Position numbers and translations under genes: made by a program. A DNA stretch of 64,000 nucleotides, from contig JBGAML010000005.1 of NCBI GenBank assembly GCA_044223005.1, positions 160,001 to 224,000 of the forward strand. The letters run 5' to 3'. How positions within the stretch are numbered: position 1 is the stretch's first letter; every line of letters starts with the position of its first letter. This document shows positions 1-10,197 of the stretch, piece after piece. Source of the DNA: Candidatus Eiseniibacteriota bacterium (GTDB lineage: Bacteria; Eisenbacteria; RBG-16-71-46). Below the pieces are notes generated by a model that was not told the origin of the DNA, made no database searches, and saw only the letters and a program-made list of their open reading frames with translations.

Positions 1-1027
1 GCGCCGCGTCGGTGAACCGCCCGGTGCGCGCGAGGGCCTTGCCCTGCGCGTGGCGCGCCCCGGCCACCGTGCGCACGAGCCGGGCGGGAGCGGCGATCGC
101 GACGGCGCGTTCGGCGAGCGCGTTCGCCGCGGCCGCATCGCCTTCGTCCGCCCGGACGTCGGCGAGGTGCACGGCGACGTCGGCCACGCGCGCGCTGTCG
201 CCCGCGGCCGTCGCGAGCTCGAGTGCCTGCGCGAGCCACGTGCGCGCGGAGTCGGCGCGGCCCGTCCGGCGCGCGGCTTCGCTCATGTAGGAGAGCGTCG
301 CGGCGAGCGGCCCGCGCTCGCCGAGCGTCGTGCGGACCCGGCGCGCCTCCGCGAACCACGCGAGCGCTTCCGGGTAGCGCCCGCGCTCGAGCGCGACCGA
401 ACCGAGCGTGTTGAGCGCGCGCGCGGCCAGCGACGAATCGCCGATCGCGCGCCGGGCGGCGAGCGCGCGGCGGTAGAGCGAATCGGCGGCGGGGTAGTCG
501 CCCGTGTTGAAGCGGCCCGTGCCGAGCGTGCCCCAGAGCCACGCCTCGCGTCGCCGTTCTCCGAGCGAGGCGAAGAGCTGGAGCGCCTCGCGCAACGCGG
601 ACTCGGATTCCGCGACCCGGCCCGTGGCCTGCAGCGCCACGCCCAGCGACTCCGCCACGGCGGCGCGCACGCGCGCGTCGCGCTGGCGCGCGTTCCAGCG
701 CCGCGCGAGCGTGAGAGCGTCCGCGCCGACGTGCGAGCCGAGCGCCACAGGCTCGGCGTCCGCGACGCGGCGGGCGAGCGCGGCGAGCCGCTCGGCGGAG
801 TCGGCCTTCGCCGCGCGCGCGCGCAGCTGCGCCACCAGCAGGTCGTTCCAGGTGCGCTCGTAGGCCGCGCCCGCACCACGGACGGCGGGCACGAGCGTTT
901 CCGGCGCGACGTCGAAGCGGCGCCAGCCCTGCGCGCGGGCCGCCGGCGCCAGCGAGAACAGGAGGGCGGCCACCGTCATCGCCCTCCCGAGACGAGCGGC
1001 GAACGGTCGCCGCGGACGCCGGATCAC
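1..1027 (-). CDS. Secreted TPR-repeat protein, truncated by the window edge (possibly a TPR-CHAT protein; CHAT domain not visible)
   Basis: Absent from the ORF track; translated by hand. GTG at 1027 overlaps the upstream stop (GTGA) and there is an in-frame ATG at 979. Signal peptide MTVAALLFSLAPAARAQ is followed by TPR-like helices (LGTGRFNTGDYPAADSLYRRALAARRAIGD, ALNTLGSVALERGRYPEALAWFAEA). Confidence 0.75.
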   Translation of the reverse strand, partial: MIRRPRRPFAARLGRAMTVAALLFSLAPAARAQGWRRFDVAPETLVPAVRGAGAAYERTWNDLLVAQLRARAAKADSAERLAALARRVADAEPVALGSHVGADALTLARRWNARQRDARVRAAVAESLGVALQATGRVAESESALREALQLFASLGERRREAWLWGTLGTGRFNTGDYPAADSLYRRALAARRAIGDSSLAARALNTLGSVALERGRYPEALAWFAEARRVRTTLGERGPLAATLSYMSEAARRTGRADSARTWLAQALELATAAGDSARVADVAVHLADVRADEGDAAAANALAERAVAIAAPARLVRTVAGARHAQGKALARTGRFTDAA

Positions 1028-4000
1028 TCGAGCCACACGAGCCGCTGGCGGAACTCCCGGCCCTGCGCCCGGAAGCGCGCGAAGTAGACGCCGGCGTGCA
1101 GATGCGCCCCGGCGTCGGAGTCCCCGCGCCAGGCGATCTCGTGCCAGCCCGCGGCCCGGACACCGTCGGCGAGCGTGCGCACGCGCCGCCCGAGCAGGTC
1201 GTAGAGTTCGAGCGAGACGCGCGTCCGCACCGGCAGGCCGAAGCGGAAGAGCGCCCGTCCCGACGCCGGGTTGGGATGCGCCGGTGCGAACGACAGCACC
1301 GCCGGCAGCCCGTCGGCCTCGCTCGCGGCCACGATCGAGAACGCGTCGCTCGTCGCGAGGACGCCCTCGACGACCAGCGAATCCGGATCGATCACCTCTT
1401 CGATCAACGCCACGGCGATGCGGGCGTCGGGCACGTAGCCGGCCGGCACGCTCCAGGTGTACGAGCCCGTGTTGGGCCTCGACTCCTCGAGCACCGTCCA
1501 CTCCATGCCGCCGTCGAACGAGGCGAGGATGGCGACCTCCTTCGCCTTCACGTCCTTGGGCGTGCTCCAGCGCACCACGTACGGCTGGCCGGGCCGCACG
1601 ACCTCGTGCGCGTGCGGCGCCGTGACGGTGCCGCGGCGCACCCGCACCACGTCGACGGCGCGGAACGCGACGTCGCCCGCACGCCCGGTGACCGTGACGG
1701 GCACCGAGTCGCCTTCGCTCACGACCCACTGGACCGCGATCCGGTCGAAGCGCACGCGCAGCGTCCACGTGCTGTCGCACTCGTGCTCGTGCGCGAGACG
1801 CAGCACGTGATACGAGGTATCGCAGGGCACCGTGCCCTGGAGCCGGATCGACGCGACGTCGATGTCGCGCGCCGAGGAGGGCGCCGGCAGCGAGATCGTG
1901 CCGTGGATCCAGCGGCCCTCCGACCGGAGCTGGATCGTGTTCGGCTGCAGTTCCAGCGTACCCACCACGGAGACGAGCAGGTCCGGGACGCCGACCAGCA
2001 CCGCCTCACCCGTGCCCGGGCTCGTCGCGAGGAAGTAGCGGCCGCGCAGCGGATCGACCGCGAGCGATCCCGCGCCGCGACCGAGGTCGAACGTCTCGCG
2101 CGCCACGAGGCCCACGGGGGCCGGCGACGCGAGCGAGGCATTCGTGACGTGCCCGGTGATCTGGTACTTCACGACCTGGCCCGACTCGTTGATCGCGTAG
2201 AGGGACCCGCCGTCGGGCGTGATCACGATCGCCGTGCCGCCGGTGCCGGTATTCACGGTCGACGTGACCTGGTGGAAGCGCGAGCTGACGGGGTTGTTGT
2301 CGATCGCGATCAGCCGCCCGTCCGCGAGGAGTGCCACGAGCAGGCCGCCGTCGGGCGTGATCACGATCGCCGTGCCGCTCGAGCCGGTGTTGACGGTCGA
2401 GGTCACGGCGCGGCTGCGCAGGTCGACGACGAGCAGCGTTCCGCCCGACGTGAGCACGTAGCCTTCGCCGCCGTCGGGGCTGATCACGATCGCCGTCCCG
2501 GTCGAGCCGGTGTTCACGGTCGAGGTGACCTGGTGGTACGTCGTGTTGCCCGGCTGGGCGTCGACCACCTGCAGCGTCGCGCCGGTGAGCACGTAGAGCT
2601 CCTGACGCTTCGCCGAGTACGCGATCTGGCGCGGCGTGCCGCCGAGCGGGACCGTGGCGACCACGCGATGGTTCACGTAGCCCGAGTCCGACGCGAACAC
2701 CCAGAGATCGTGACTGCCGGCGTTGGCCACGTAGAGCCGCCGGCCGTCGGGCGTGAGCGCCAGTGCCACGGGTTCGTGGCCGGTCGCGAAGCTCCCGTCC
2801 GCGAGCAGCGCGCCGGAGGTGAGCACCGCGACGCTCACCTGGTCGAGCCTCGGATTGGCGAAATAGAAGTGCAGCCCGTCCGGTGCCACGACCGCCGCGG
2901 AGACGTCGGGACGCAGCAGCAGCCGCGTCAGCTCGCTGGTGGGATCGGGATCGGTCTCGTGCACCTGGAACGCGAGCGCATTGCTCGTCGTCGCGCCGAC
3001 CTGGTCGGTGACGGTGACGGGCCCCACGGGCGCCCCCTCGGGCACGAGCACGCTGATCGTGGTCGCGGTGGCGCTGGTGACGGGCGCGACGACCCCGCCG
3101 ACGCGCACCGTGTGCAGTCCTGCCGTGACCGGGAAGCCGGTGCCCGCGAGCGTCAGCACCGTGCCCACGGGACCCGCGGGCGGATAGACGCTCGCGAGCG
3201 ACAGCGTGGGAGCGGGTTCGACGGTGAAGCCGGCCTGCGCCGGCGACAGGAGCGATTGGCCATCGCTGTCCAGGGCCCCGCCGTTCACGGACCACGTGTA
3301 CGACTGGCCGTATGCGAGCGGCGACTGCGGCTGGAAGATCGCCACCGTGCGGCCCTCGGCGAGCGAGAACGCGCCGGGGAGTGAACCGGAACCGCCGCTC
3401 GTCAGCTGCAGCGCGCCGACGAGCGAGAGCGAATCCATGGGCTGGTTGAAGCGCGCGAAGAGCGGCGAGCCCGCGAGGATGCCCGTCGCGCCGTCGGCCG
3501 GTCCGAGTTCGGTGATCTGCGGCGAGATGAGGGCGTTCGAACCCGAGGCGTCCGCGCCCAGCACGGCCGCGGCCTGTGCGAGGCCCGGGGCGGAGATCGT
3601 GAGCTGCGTCGCTCCAGCCGACGCGGGGAGCGTCCAGCCGGTCGCGGCGAGTCCGTCGGGGCCCGAGCGCAGCACGAGCGTCGTCGCACCGCCGTCCAGC
3701 GTGCCGGGCAGCGCGCCGCTGGTCGCGAGCCGCACCGCGACGCCGGCTTCGGGATTGCCGTCGCCGTCTTCGACGCGCACGACCACCGGCAGCGGCAACA
3801 GCGTCCCCGGCGGGCCCGACTGGCCCGCACCGGAGACGACGGTGAAGCGCGTCGCGTCGTCGAGCGCGAACAACACGGCGCCCGTGCTGCCGGGCACGAC
3901 CGACCAGAGCCGGCGGCCGTCGGCCGAGTTCGCGAGCGCGAGCGAGGGGACGAGCGCGTTCGCGCGCACGGCCTCGGGGGCGTTCCCCGCGACTTCGAGC

Positions 4001-7000
4001 CGCGCGAGTTCGCTGCCGTCCGGAGCACCGACCACGACGCCCGCGGCGTCCGGTGCGCGGCACACGGTGGACCACGCCGCGGTCGTGCCGGTGCCGGGGG
4101 CAGCGAAGGCGAGCTCGAGTCCGACCGCGCTCGTGGACGCGTCGAGGTTCCACACCGCGACGGCGTGATCGCCCGGATAGGTCGCGACGGCCCGCCGCGC
4201 ATCCGCGGTGATCGTGATGGCCGACGGCGGGCCGGCGTGCGCGGGCGTGGTGCCCGCGAGCGTGCGCGTCGTCAGGTCGAAGATCGCCGCGCCACCGCCG
4301 CGAGCGGCGACGAGGAAGCGTCCGTCGGGCGAGACGGCGAGCGGCCCCGCCGTGCCGCCGAGCGGCAGCGTCGAGGCGACCGCGCGCGTGACCGGGTCCA
4401 CGAGCAGCACGCTGCTGCTCGCCGCGTCGGCGACGCACATCCAGCGCCCGAGCGGATCCGCCGCGAGGCCCGCGGGATCGACGCCCGCGAGCGAGCTCGT
4501 CGCGAGCTGGCCGAAGCCGGGGCCGGCCGCGAGCGAGACGACGAGCAGCGACGCTCTCGCGGGCTGCACGGCCCAGAGTTCGGATTCGTCGGCGCGGAAC
4601 GCGAGCCCCGAGAGAGCGCCCGCGACTCCGAGGTCGGCGGACGCCACGGGGGTGGTGAACGCCGCACCCGCGCGCGCATCGAAGAGGTCCACGCGCGCGG
4701 TGCACGGGCCGCTCGTCGCGTGCCCGACGCCGAGCCACGTGCCGAGCGGGGACTCCGAGGCCAGCGCCGACGCGGCATTCGCGCACGCGCCGCCGGAGAG
4801 GCCGGCCGCGAGCGTGGTCGCCACGGGCGCGAAGCGCGTCACGGGGTCGAGCCGCGTGAAGGCGAGGTCGTTCGTCCGCCGCGCGTCGGCGCCGACGGCC
4901 GCGGCCGAGAGCACCTGCTGCGCGCCGGTCGGCACCGCAACGCCCGCGGCGGTGCCGTCGGGGGCGAGGACGGCGGCCGTCGACGGCGAGCCGCCGAAGT
5001 CCGCGCTCGCACCGGCGGCGAACACCGCACCCGACGCCTGGAACGCGACGCGCGCGCCGGCCACGGCAGCCGGCGGGACGATGCGCACGAGCGCGGCGCT
5101 GCTGCCCGCGCCGTAGAGCGAGACGCTGCGGCCCGTCCCGTTGGCGACCGCCACGAGATCGCCCGCGGCGCTGGTCGCGACCGCGACGGGGCCGCTGCCC
5201 GTCGAGACCTCGGCGAGGCGCTGGTGGAACGTGGCGGCCGAGGCCGGGTCGAGCCCGACGACCTGCAGGCGGTCGAACGTGGAGTTGACCGCGAGTGCCG
5301 CGAGGCCCTGCGGCGTCGTGGCGACATCGCGCACCATGCCGCCGAGGTCGACGGTGCTCGTCGGGTGCGCGCTGGGACCGAGGTCCACGAACACGAGCTT
5401 GCCCGGCGAGGCGAGCCCGCCGGCGAACACGGCCTCGCGGCCGGTGATCGCGACCGCGGCGCCGCGCTCGGCTGCCGCCGCGGCGAAGTCGAACGCGACG
5501 GTGTCGCTGGTCGCGAACTGGCGGATGCCGTGGTTGGACGTCGTGTACAGGATGCGATCGCCCTGCGGCACGAGCGCGAGCCCGCCCGTGGGCACGGAGG
5601 AGGAGTCGCGCAGTTCGCGCAGCACCTGGAAGCGCGACAGGCTGCGCGCGTCGGTGTCGATCACGTAGTGCACGCCGACGTTGGCGTCACCCACCACGAG
5701 CCGCGTCGCGGCCGCCGAGAGCACGACGCCGTCGGGGCGGCCACCCGCGGCGACCGGGATGCGCGCGACGATGCGGCCGAAGGTCGCGACCACGGCGGGG
5801 TCGGCGCCGACCGCGACCACGTCGCCACTGTCGGGACGCGAGGCGTAGAGCAGGTCGCGCGCGGGCGCGACCACGACCGAGCGCGCCGCACCGATCGCGA
5901 ACGTGCGCACCGTGGGCGTGACGCCGGAACGGTCGATGACCACGAGCCCGGCGTCGCCGACGGCGTAGACCTGGCGGCCGTCGGCGGCGACGGAGACGTC
6001 GACCGGCGCGAAGCCGAGCGCGATCGGCGAACCGAGCGGCGAGGGCGCCGACTGCCCGCTCGCGGGCAGCAGCGTGAGGCCGAAGGGATTGCTGGCCTGG
6101 CTCGCCGACGTCACGGTGACCGGGCCGGTGACGGCGCCCGCAGGCACCGCGACCACGATCGCCGACGGCGTCACGGACGACGGCGTCACGACGGCGTCGC
6201 CGCACGAGCCGCAGACGCTGAAGGTCACCTGCGTCGCGCCGGGGGTGGCGTCGAAGCCGTCGCCGGTGATCGTCACGAACGCGCCGGGCGGCACCTGCCG
6301 CGGCTGCACGTCGGCGATCGCGACCGGCGGCGCGGCCATGGTCTGGAAGTGCACCACGACGTCGGCCGCCATCGGCAGGCCGCTGCGATCGGTGATCCCG
6401 GTCGTCAGCGTGAGCGTGTAGGCCGTGCCGAACGCCAGCGCCGGGTCGGCCGTGAACGAGAAGGCGCGGTCGTCGTCGAGCGAATACGCGAAGCCGGGGA
6501 CCTGCGCGTTCGTGTCGTCGCGGCGCAGCACGAACGTGGAACCGGTGAACGTCGAGCGGTCGAGCCGCTGGTCGAACCGCACGAGGACCGGCGCGTCGAT
6601 GCGCACGCCGCTCGAACCGTCGGCGGGCGTCAGGGCGACGACCGAGGGCGGGAGCGTGTCCACGTTGGTGACCACGTTGACGCTGTCGAGCAGTTGCCCG
6701 GCGGCGAGGTCGATCGTGCCGATCACGTTGGGGTCGTCGCGATCGGAATCGCCGGGGCTCCACCACTCGGCGTCGAAGTTGGTCGTCGCGATGTTGGCGA
6801 CGCGCTGGCTGATGTCCTCGGGCAGCAGCGGGAAGCCGCCCACTTCGCCGTCGAGCGGCGTGACGCGCACGCCGTACGTGCCGGGCGCGAGGCCCCGCAG
6901 CGCGAAGCGGCCCTGCTCGTCGGTGTAGTCGGACGCCACCGAATCCGCCGGCAGGCCCGAAGCGAGCCGCACGGCCGTGACGAGGGCGCCGCCCAGCAGC

Positions 7001-10000
7001 TCGTGCGTACCGCCGCGGGTCACGCGGCCGCGCAGGGTGCCCCAGCCGGTGCCGAAGGCCGCCGCGGGGTACGCGGCGCCGATCGCGGCCTGGTCGTCCT
7101 CGGTCAGCGAGCGGCCGTCGGTCCCCGCCTGCAGCACGTAGAACATGCTCGCGTCGAGCACGCCCGAGTGGCTGAGGCCGAGCAGGTGGCCGATCTCGTG
7201 CGTCGCGACGCTCTCGAGATCGAACGCACCGGGGCCGGCGTTCCACGTCGACGTGCCGTATCGGAACGCGGGGTTGAAGAGGATGTCGGCGTCGAGGATC
7301 TGTCCCGGCAGGTGCATCTGGTCGTCGAACGCGCCGCGCCGCGCGAACGAGAGCGTGGGCGTCACCGCGACCACGTTGTCGGGGAACTGGAAGTCGGGAT
7401 CGGTGAAGGTGACGAGGTTGATGCCGTCCGTGGACGACGCGTTCGCCTGTGCGACCGGAGCGCCCTCGGTGACCGGCACGTTCGCACGCGCGACGTTCTT
7501 CCAGTTCTGGAACGCGGCGCGGACCGCGGCCGCCGTGCTGCCGTCGCCGATGCGCGGGTCGCCGGCAGAGGAGAGGTGCCACACGATCGGGAGGGCGGAC
7601 GCAGGCCACGTTTCGACGTGCCGCAGCGTCGCGGTCGGATCGACGCAGCCGTCGCCGTCGGTGTCCTGTCCGATCGAGCTCTCGTCGGAGCAGGCGTCGA
7701 CGCGGTCGGCGACGCCATCGAAGTCGTGGTCGGCCGAGAGCTGCACGATCCGGATGTCGTCGAGGTAGGGATAGCGCGTCGGAACCGCGTGGCCGGGGCC
7801 ACCGAAGTGTCCCGAGGGGAAGCCTTCGATGTTGTGGCGGAGGCGGAAGAGTACGCGCACCGAGTCCACGCCCACGGGCGTGGGAGGCATGTACCGGAAC
7901 GAGCGCCCGTTCCAGTACGGCTGCTCGATGTCCGTACCGCCGTAGACGAACGGCCCGAACGTCTGCTCGCCCGTCACCGCACCCGCGGCCGACTTGGTCT
8001 GCACCACGCCGCGCAGTTCGACGTCAGGCACGTAGCCCGTGAGCTTGCCCGAGAAGATCACGTAGATCGCGCTGTCGGCGCGGGCCACCGGCACCCACGG
8101 CGAGACGATCGCGGCGTCCGTTCCGGCGGGGAGCGAATCGCGGCCGACGAAGAACGACCAGGCGCACGAGGTGTTGCCGAAGTCGTAGTTCGCCACGGGT
8201 GCGATGACGTTGCCGGGCAGCGGGAAGTCGGGGCCGGAATAGCTGCCCGAGTTCTCGAAGGCGCCGTCGTGGACGCCGAGCGTCCAGGGCCCCGTCGATC
8301 CGTCCTCGAAGTCCGTCATGGGCACGAGTGGCGTGCCGTTGCCGTCGGTGACGACGAGGTTGTCGAGCACGCACGGACCGGGCGCCAGCGGCAGCATGCC
8401 GGTGTTCTTCACGCGAACGCGAACGCGGGTCACGCCCGGCAGGGCGACGCTCGGCGTCGCGACGATGTGGCCGCACGTCGGACCGATTTCGACGCCGAAT
8501 CCACCGGTCCCGTAAAGGACGCTGACGAGCCGGGTGTCACCCGTGGCGGTGAGGTGCAGTGGCTGCCACGATCCGTCGGCCATCTCGCCCTCGACGCGCA
8601 GGTAGTCGCCGGAATCCGACGTCCGCGCGAGCCAGGCGAGATCCAGCGCCACCCGTATCCCGCCCGGGCCCGTGGTGGAGACGGGCGGCGAGAGCAGCCA
8701 CTGGTTGATGCCGTCCGGGTACACTTCCTCCGGTGAGAGCGTGGCCGCACCGAAGTCGAACGCACGCGAGCCCATCGCGACCTCGATGGCCACGCCGGCG
8801 ACGGTGTTCATCGTCGCGCCCGCGACGAAGTGCTGGATCGGCCCCGTGGTCCCCATGTCGAACCCGCCGCCATAGAAACCCACGTTGTCCGAGCGCATGG
8901 TGAAGAAGAGCCCGCCGGCTCCGTCCTCGGTCACGAGTTCGAATCGCTCGATGCCACGCCGGAGGGCTTCGGGCGAACCGGGAGGCACGTCGAACCGCGG
9001 ATCGAGGTTCGCCGAGCCCGCGACCCGCCGGAGGGAATCGCCTTCGGAGGCGAGCACGACATACGAAGCGAATTCACCGAACGTCGCGGGTACGGTTGCC
9101 CGGACGAGCCAGGAGGCCGCGCTGCGATCGACGCCGAGCACCTGCGGGAAGCGCGGGTCGGAGGCGAGGTCGTAACGAACCGCGATCGTGCCGAGCGTGA
9201 GATCGATGCGACGCACGCGGCGTGAACCGGATTCGGTCAGGAGCAGTTCGGATCCGCCGGCGTCGACGGCGATCGACGTGGGCGCCACGGTCGAACTGGT
9301 GGCCGGGACGCCGTCCGGCCCGATGGCGTCCGTCCCGTTGCCGGCGATCGTCACGACGCGGCCGTCGGCGCGCAGCATGCGGATCCGGCCCGGCTCGGCG
9401 AAATAGACCCGCCCGGAGGCATCGCACGCGATCGCGCGGATTCCGGTGAACGCCTGCAGGGTGCCGAGCGTGTCGCTGCTCGAACCGCCCGGATTCCCCG
9501 CGACGTACTGGAGTGGCCCGCCGGCATCCGGCAGGCCCAGGAGTTCCCCGCTGGTCCGATCGAAGACGAGCACGCGACCGTGCGCGGCGTCCCACGTCAT
9601 GCCCGCCGGGTCGAGAGTCGGCGGGAGGTCGGTCCCGAAGCGGACCCAGTTCCCGCTCACCAGTCGTACGGCGAAGGCTTCCGCCCCCGAGGGCGCGAGC
9701 GTATCGAGGACCGCGACGCAGTTCCCCGCGCCATCGCGACCGAGCGCCTGGATCGGGCCCACGAACCGCCCGAGCGCCGCCACGGGGTCGCTGCCGATCG
9801 GCGTGCGCACGAGCGTCGGCGATTGGAACTGCGGGTCGAGCCAGAAGGCCTGGTTGACGAGGTACCGGCCGCTGATGCTCCAGTACGTCTTCGTGGTGAG
9901 GTCGAGGCCCTGCCAGCCGCTCGTGCGACAGACGCCCGTGTGGTCGTCGAAGCCGTACGACTGGATCAGGAACGAATCCGAGAGCGAGAAGCCCGCCTCG

Positions 10001-10197
10001 AGCGGCACGATCGTGCGGCCGCGCGTGAGCGACGAGAAGGTGGGCAGCGTCGAGACGTCGACCGGCACGACCGCGGGACGCGGCGCGCGAGGCGGAGCGG
10101 CGAGCGATGCGCGCGTGTCCTGCGCCTGCACGGTGCCGACGGCCAGGGCGAGTAGCAGCGCGGCGAACACGGGGCGGAACGCGCGGAGCGTCGTCAT
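1024..10197 (-). CDS. Giant secreted multidomain metalloprotease (3057 aa): NHL-like propeller, TSP3-like Ca-binding motif, matrixin (M10-like) domain, carboxypeptidase-regulatory-like domain, Big_5-like Ig, IPT/TIG, YVTN-like propellers, C-terminal FlgD-Ig-like domain
   Basis: Signal peptide; HEIGHLLGLSH zinc motif (nt 7168-7200) plus Met-turn ASMFY; DHDFDGVADRVDAC; repeated PADG..V..D/G..L..RFNQ Ig motifs; C-terminal HPNP..LYDLLGRRVRTL..WRGDSDAG..AGVYFARF. Confidence 0.88.
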   Translation of the reverse strand: MTTLRAFRPVFAALLLALAVGTVQAQDTRASLAAPPRAPRPAVVPVDVSTLPTFSSLTRGRTIVPLEAGFSLSDSFLIQSYGFDDHTGVCRTSGWQGLDLTTKTYWSISGRYLVNQAFWLDPQFQSPTLVRTPIGSDPVAALGRFVGPIQALGRDGAGNCVAVLDTLAPSGAEAFAVRLVSGNWVRFGTDLPPTLDPAGMTWDAAHGRVLVFDRTSGELLGLPDAGGPLQYVAGNPGGSSSDTLGTLQAFTGIRAIACDASGRVYFAEPGRIRMLRADGRVVTIAGNGTDAIGPDGVPATSSTVAPTSIAVDAGGSELLLTESGSRRVRRIDLTLGTIAVRYDLASDPRFPQVLGVDRSAASWLVRATVPATFGEFASYVVLASEGDSLRRVAGSANLDPRFDVPPGSPEALRRGIERFELVTEDGAGGLFFTMRSDNVGFYGGGFDMGTTGPIQHFVAGATMNTVAGVAIEVAMGSRAFDFGAATLSPEEVYPDGINQWLLSPPVSTTGPGGIRVALDLAWLARTSDSGDYLRVEGEMADGSWQPLHLTATGDTRLVSVLYGTGGFGVEIGPTCGHIVATPSVALPGVTRVRVRVKNTGMLPLAPGPCVLDNLVVTDGNGTPLVPMTDFEDGSTGPWTLGVHDGAFENSGSYSGPDFPLPGNVIAPVANYDFGNTSCAWSFFVGRDSLPAGTDAAIVSPWVPVARADSAIYVIFSGKLTGYVPDVELRGVVQTKSAAGAVTGEQTFGPFVYGGTDIEQPYWNGRSFRYMPPTPVGVDSVRVLFRLRHNIEGFPSGHFGGPGHAVPTRYPYLDDIRIVQLSADHDFDGVADRVDACSDESSIGQDTDGDGCVDPTATLRHVETWPASALPIVWHLSSAGDPRIGDGSTAAAVRAAFQNWKNVARANVPVTEGAPVAQANASSTDGINLVTFTDPDFQFPDNVVAVTPTLSFARRGAFDDQMHLPGQILDADILFNPAFRYGTSTWNAGPGAFDLESVATHEIGHLLGLSHSGVLDASMFYVLQAGTDGRSLTEDDQAAIGAAYPAAAFGTGWGTLRGRVTRGGTHELLGGALVTAVRLASGLPADSVASDYTDEQGRFALRGLAPGTYGVRVTPLDGEVGGFPLLPEDISQRVANIATTNFDAEWWSPGDSDRDDPNVIGTIDLAAGQLLDSVNVVTNVDTLPPSVVALTPADGSSGVRIDAPVLVRFDQRLDRSTFTGSTFVLRRDDTNAQVPGFAYSLDDDRAFSFTADPALAFGTAYTLTLTTGITDRSGLPMAADVVVHFQTMAAPPVAIADVQPRQVPPGAFVTITGDGFDATPGATQVTFSVCGSCGDAVVTPSSVTPSAIVVAVPAGAVTGPVTVTSASQASNPFGLTLLPASGQSAPSPLGSPIALGFAPVDVSVAADGRQVYAVGDAGLVVIDRSGVTPTVRTFAIGAARSVVVAPARDLLYASRPDSGDVVAVGADPAVVATFGRIVARIPVAAGGRPDGVVLSAAATRLVVGDANVGVHYVIDTDARSLSRFQVLRELRDSSSVPTGGLALVPQGDRILYTTSNHGIRQFATSDTVAFDFAAAAAERGAAVAITGREAVFAGGLASPGKLVFVDLGPSAHPTSTVDLGGMVRDVATTPQGLAALAVNSTFDRLQVVGLDPASAATFHQRLAEVSTGSGPVAVATSAAGDLVAVANGTGRSVSLYGAGSSAALVRIVPPAAVAGARVAFQASGAVFAAGASADFGGSPSTAAVLAPDGTAAGVAVPTGAQQVLSAAAVGADARRTNDLAFTRLDPVTRFAPVATTLAAGLSGGACANAASALASESPLGTWLGVGHATSGPCTARVDLFDARAGAAFTTPVASADLGVAGALSGLAFRADESELWAVQPARASLLVVSLAAGPGFGQLATSSLAGVDPAGLAADPLGRWMCVADAASSSVLLVDPVTRAVASTLPLGGTAGPLAVSPDGRFLVAARGGGAAIFDLTTRTLAGTTPAHAGPPSAITITADARRAVATYPGDHAVAVWNLDASTSAVGLELAFAAPGTGTTAAWSTVCRAPDAAGVVVGAPDGSELARLEVAGNAPEAVRANALVPSLALANSADGRRLWSVVPGSTGAVLFALDDATRFTVVSGAGQSGPPGTLLPLPVVVRVEDGDGNPEAGVAVRLATSGALPGTLDGGATTLVLRSGPDGLAATGWTLPASAGATQLTISAPGLAQAAAVLGADASGSNALISPQITELGPADGATGILAGSPLFARFNQPMDSLSLVGALQLTSGGSGSLPGAFSLAEGRTVAIFQPQSPLAYGQSYTWSVNGGALDSDGQSLLSPAQAGFTVEPAPTLSLASVYPPAGPVGTVLTLAGTGFPVTAGLHTVRVGGVVAPVTSATATTISVLVPEGAPVGPVTVTDQVGATTSNALAFQVHETDPDPTSELTRLLLRPDVSAAVVAPDGLHFYFANPRLDQVSVAVLTSGALLADGSFATGHEPVALALTPDGRRLYVANAGSHDLWVFASDSGYVNHRVVATVPLGGTPRQIAYSAKRQELYVLTGATLQVVDAQPGNTTYHQVTSTVNTGSTGTAIVISPDGGEGYVLTSGGTLLVVDLRSRAVTSTVNTGSSGTAIVITPDGGLLVALLADGRLIAIDNNPVSSRFHQVTSTVNTGTGGTAIVITPDGGSLYAINESGQVVKYQITGHVTNASLASPAPVGLVARETFDLGRGAGSLAVDPLRGRYFLATSPGTGEAVLVGVPDLLVSVVGTLELQPNTIQLRSEGRWIHGTISLPAPSSARDIDVASIRLQGTVPCDTSYHVLRLAHEHECDSTWTLRVRFDRIAVQWVVSEGDSVPVTVTGRAGDVAFRAVDVVRVRRGTVTAPHAHEVVRPGQPYVVRWSTPKDVKAKEVAILASFDGGMEWTVLEESRPNTGSYTWSVPAGYVPDARIAVALIEEVIDPDSLVVEGVLATSDAFSIVAASEADGLPAVLSFAPAHPNPASGRALFRFGLPVRTRVSLELYDLLGRRVRTLADGVRAAGWHEIAWRGDSDAGAHLHAGVYFARFRAQGREFRQRLVWLE
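2207..2539 (-). repeat. Three near-identical intragenic repeats encoding VTSTVNTGxxGTAIVI(S/T)PDGG propeller blades
   Basis: DNA-level copies at about 2207-2278, 2344-2406 and 2467-2539. Confidence 0.9.

Noticed and set aside
1..1027. Calling the first gene a CHAT protease
   Set aside because: Only TPR-like repeats lie inside the window; no catalytic His/Cys domain is visible.
2207..2539. Spaced direct repeats as a possible CRISPR array or DGR template
   Set aside because: Repeats are in frame, vary at synonymous sites and encode propeller blades; no cas or reverse transcriptase genes.
1096..8736. Long plus-strand ORFs (762 aa, 1523 aa) opposite the giant gene, and similar shadows such as most of 27243-32081 and 46129-49131
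   Set aside because: Arg/Ala/Gly-rich antisense or off-frame shadows expected at very high GC; no motifs, and they overlap well-supported genes.
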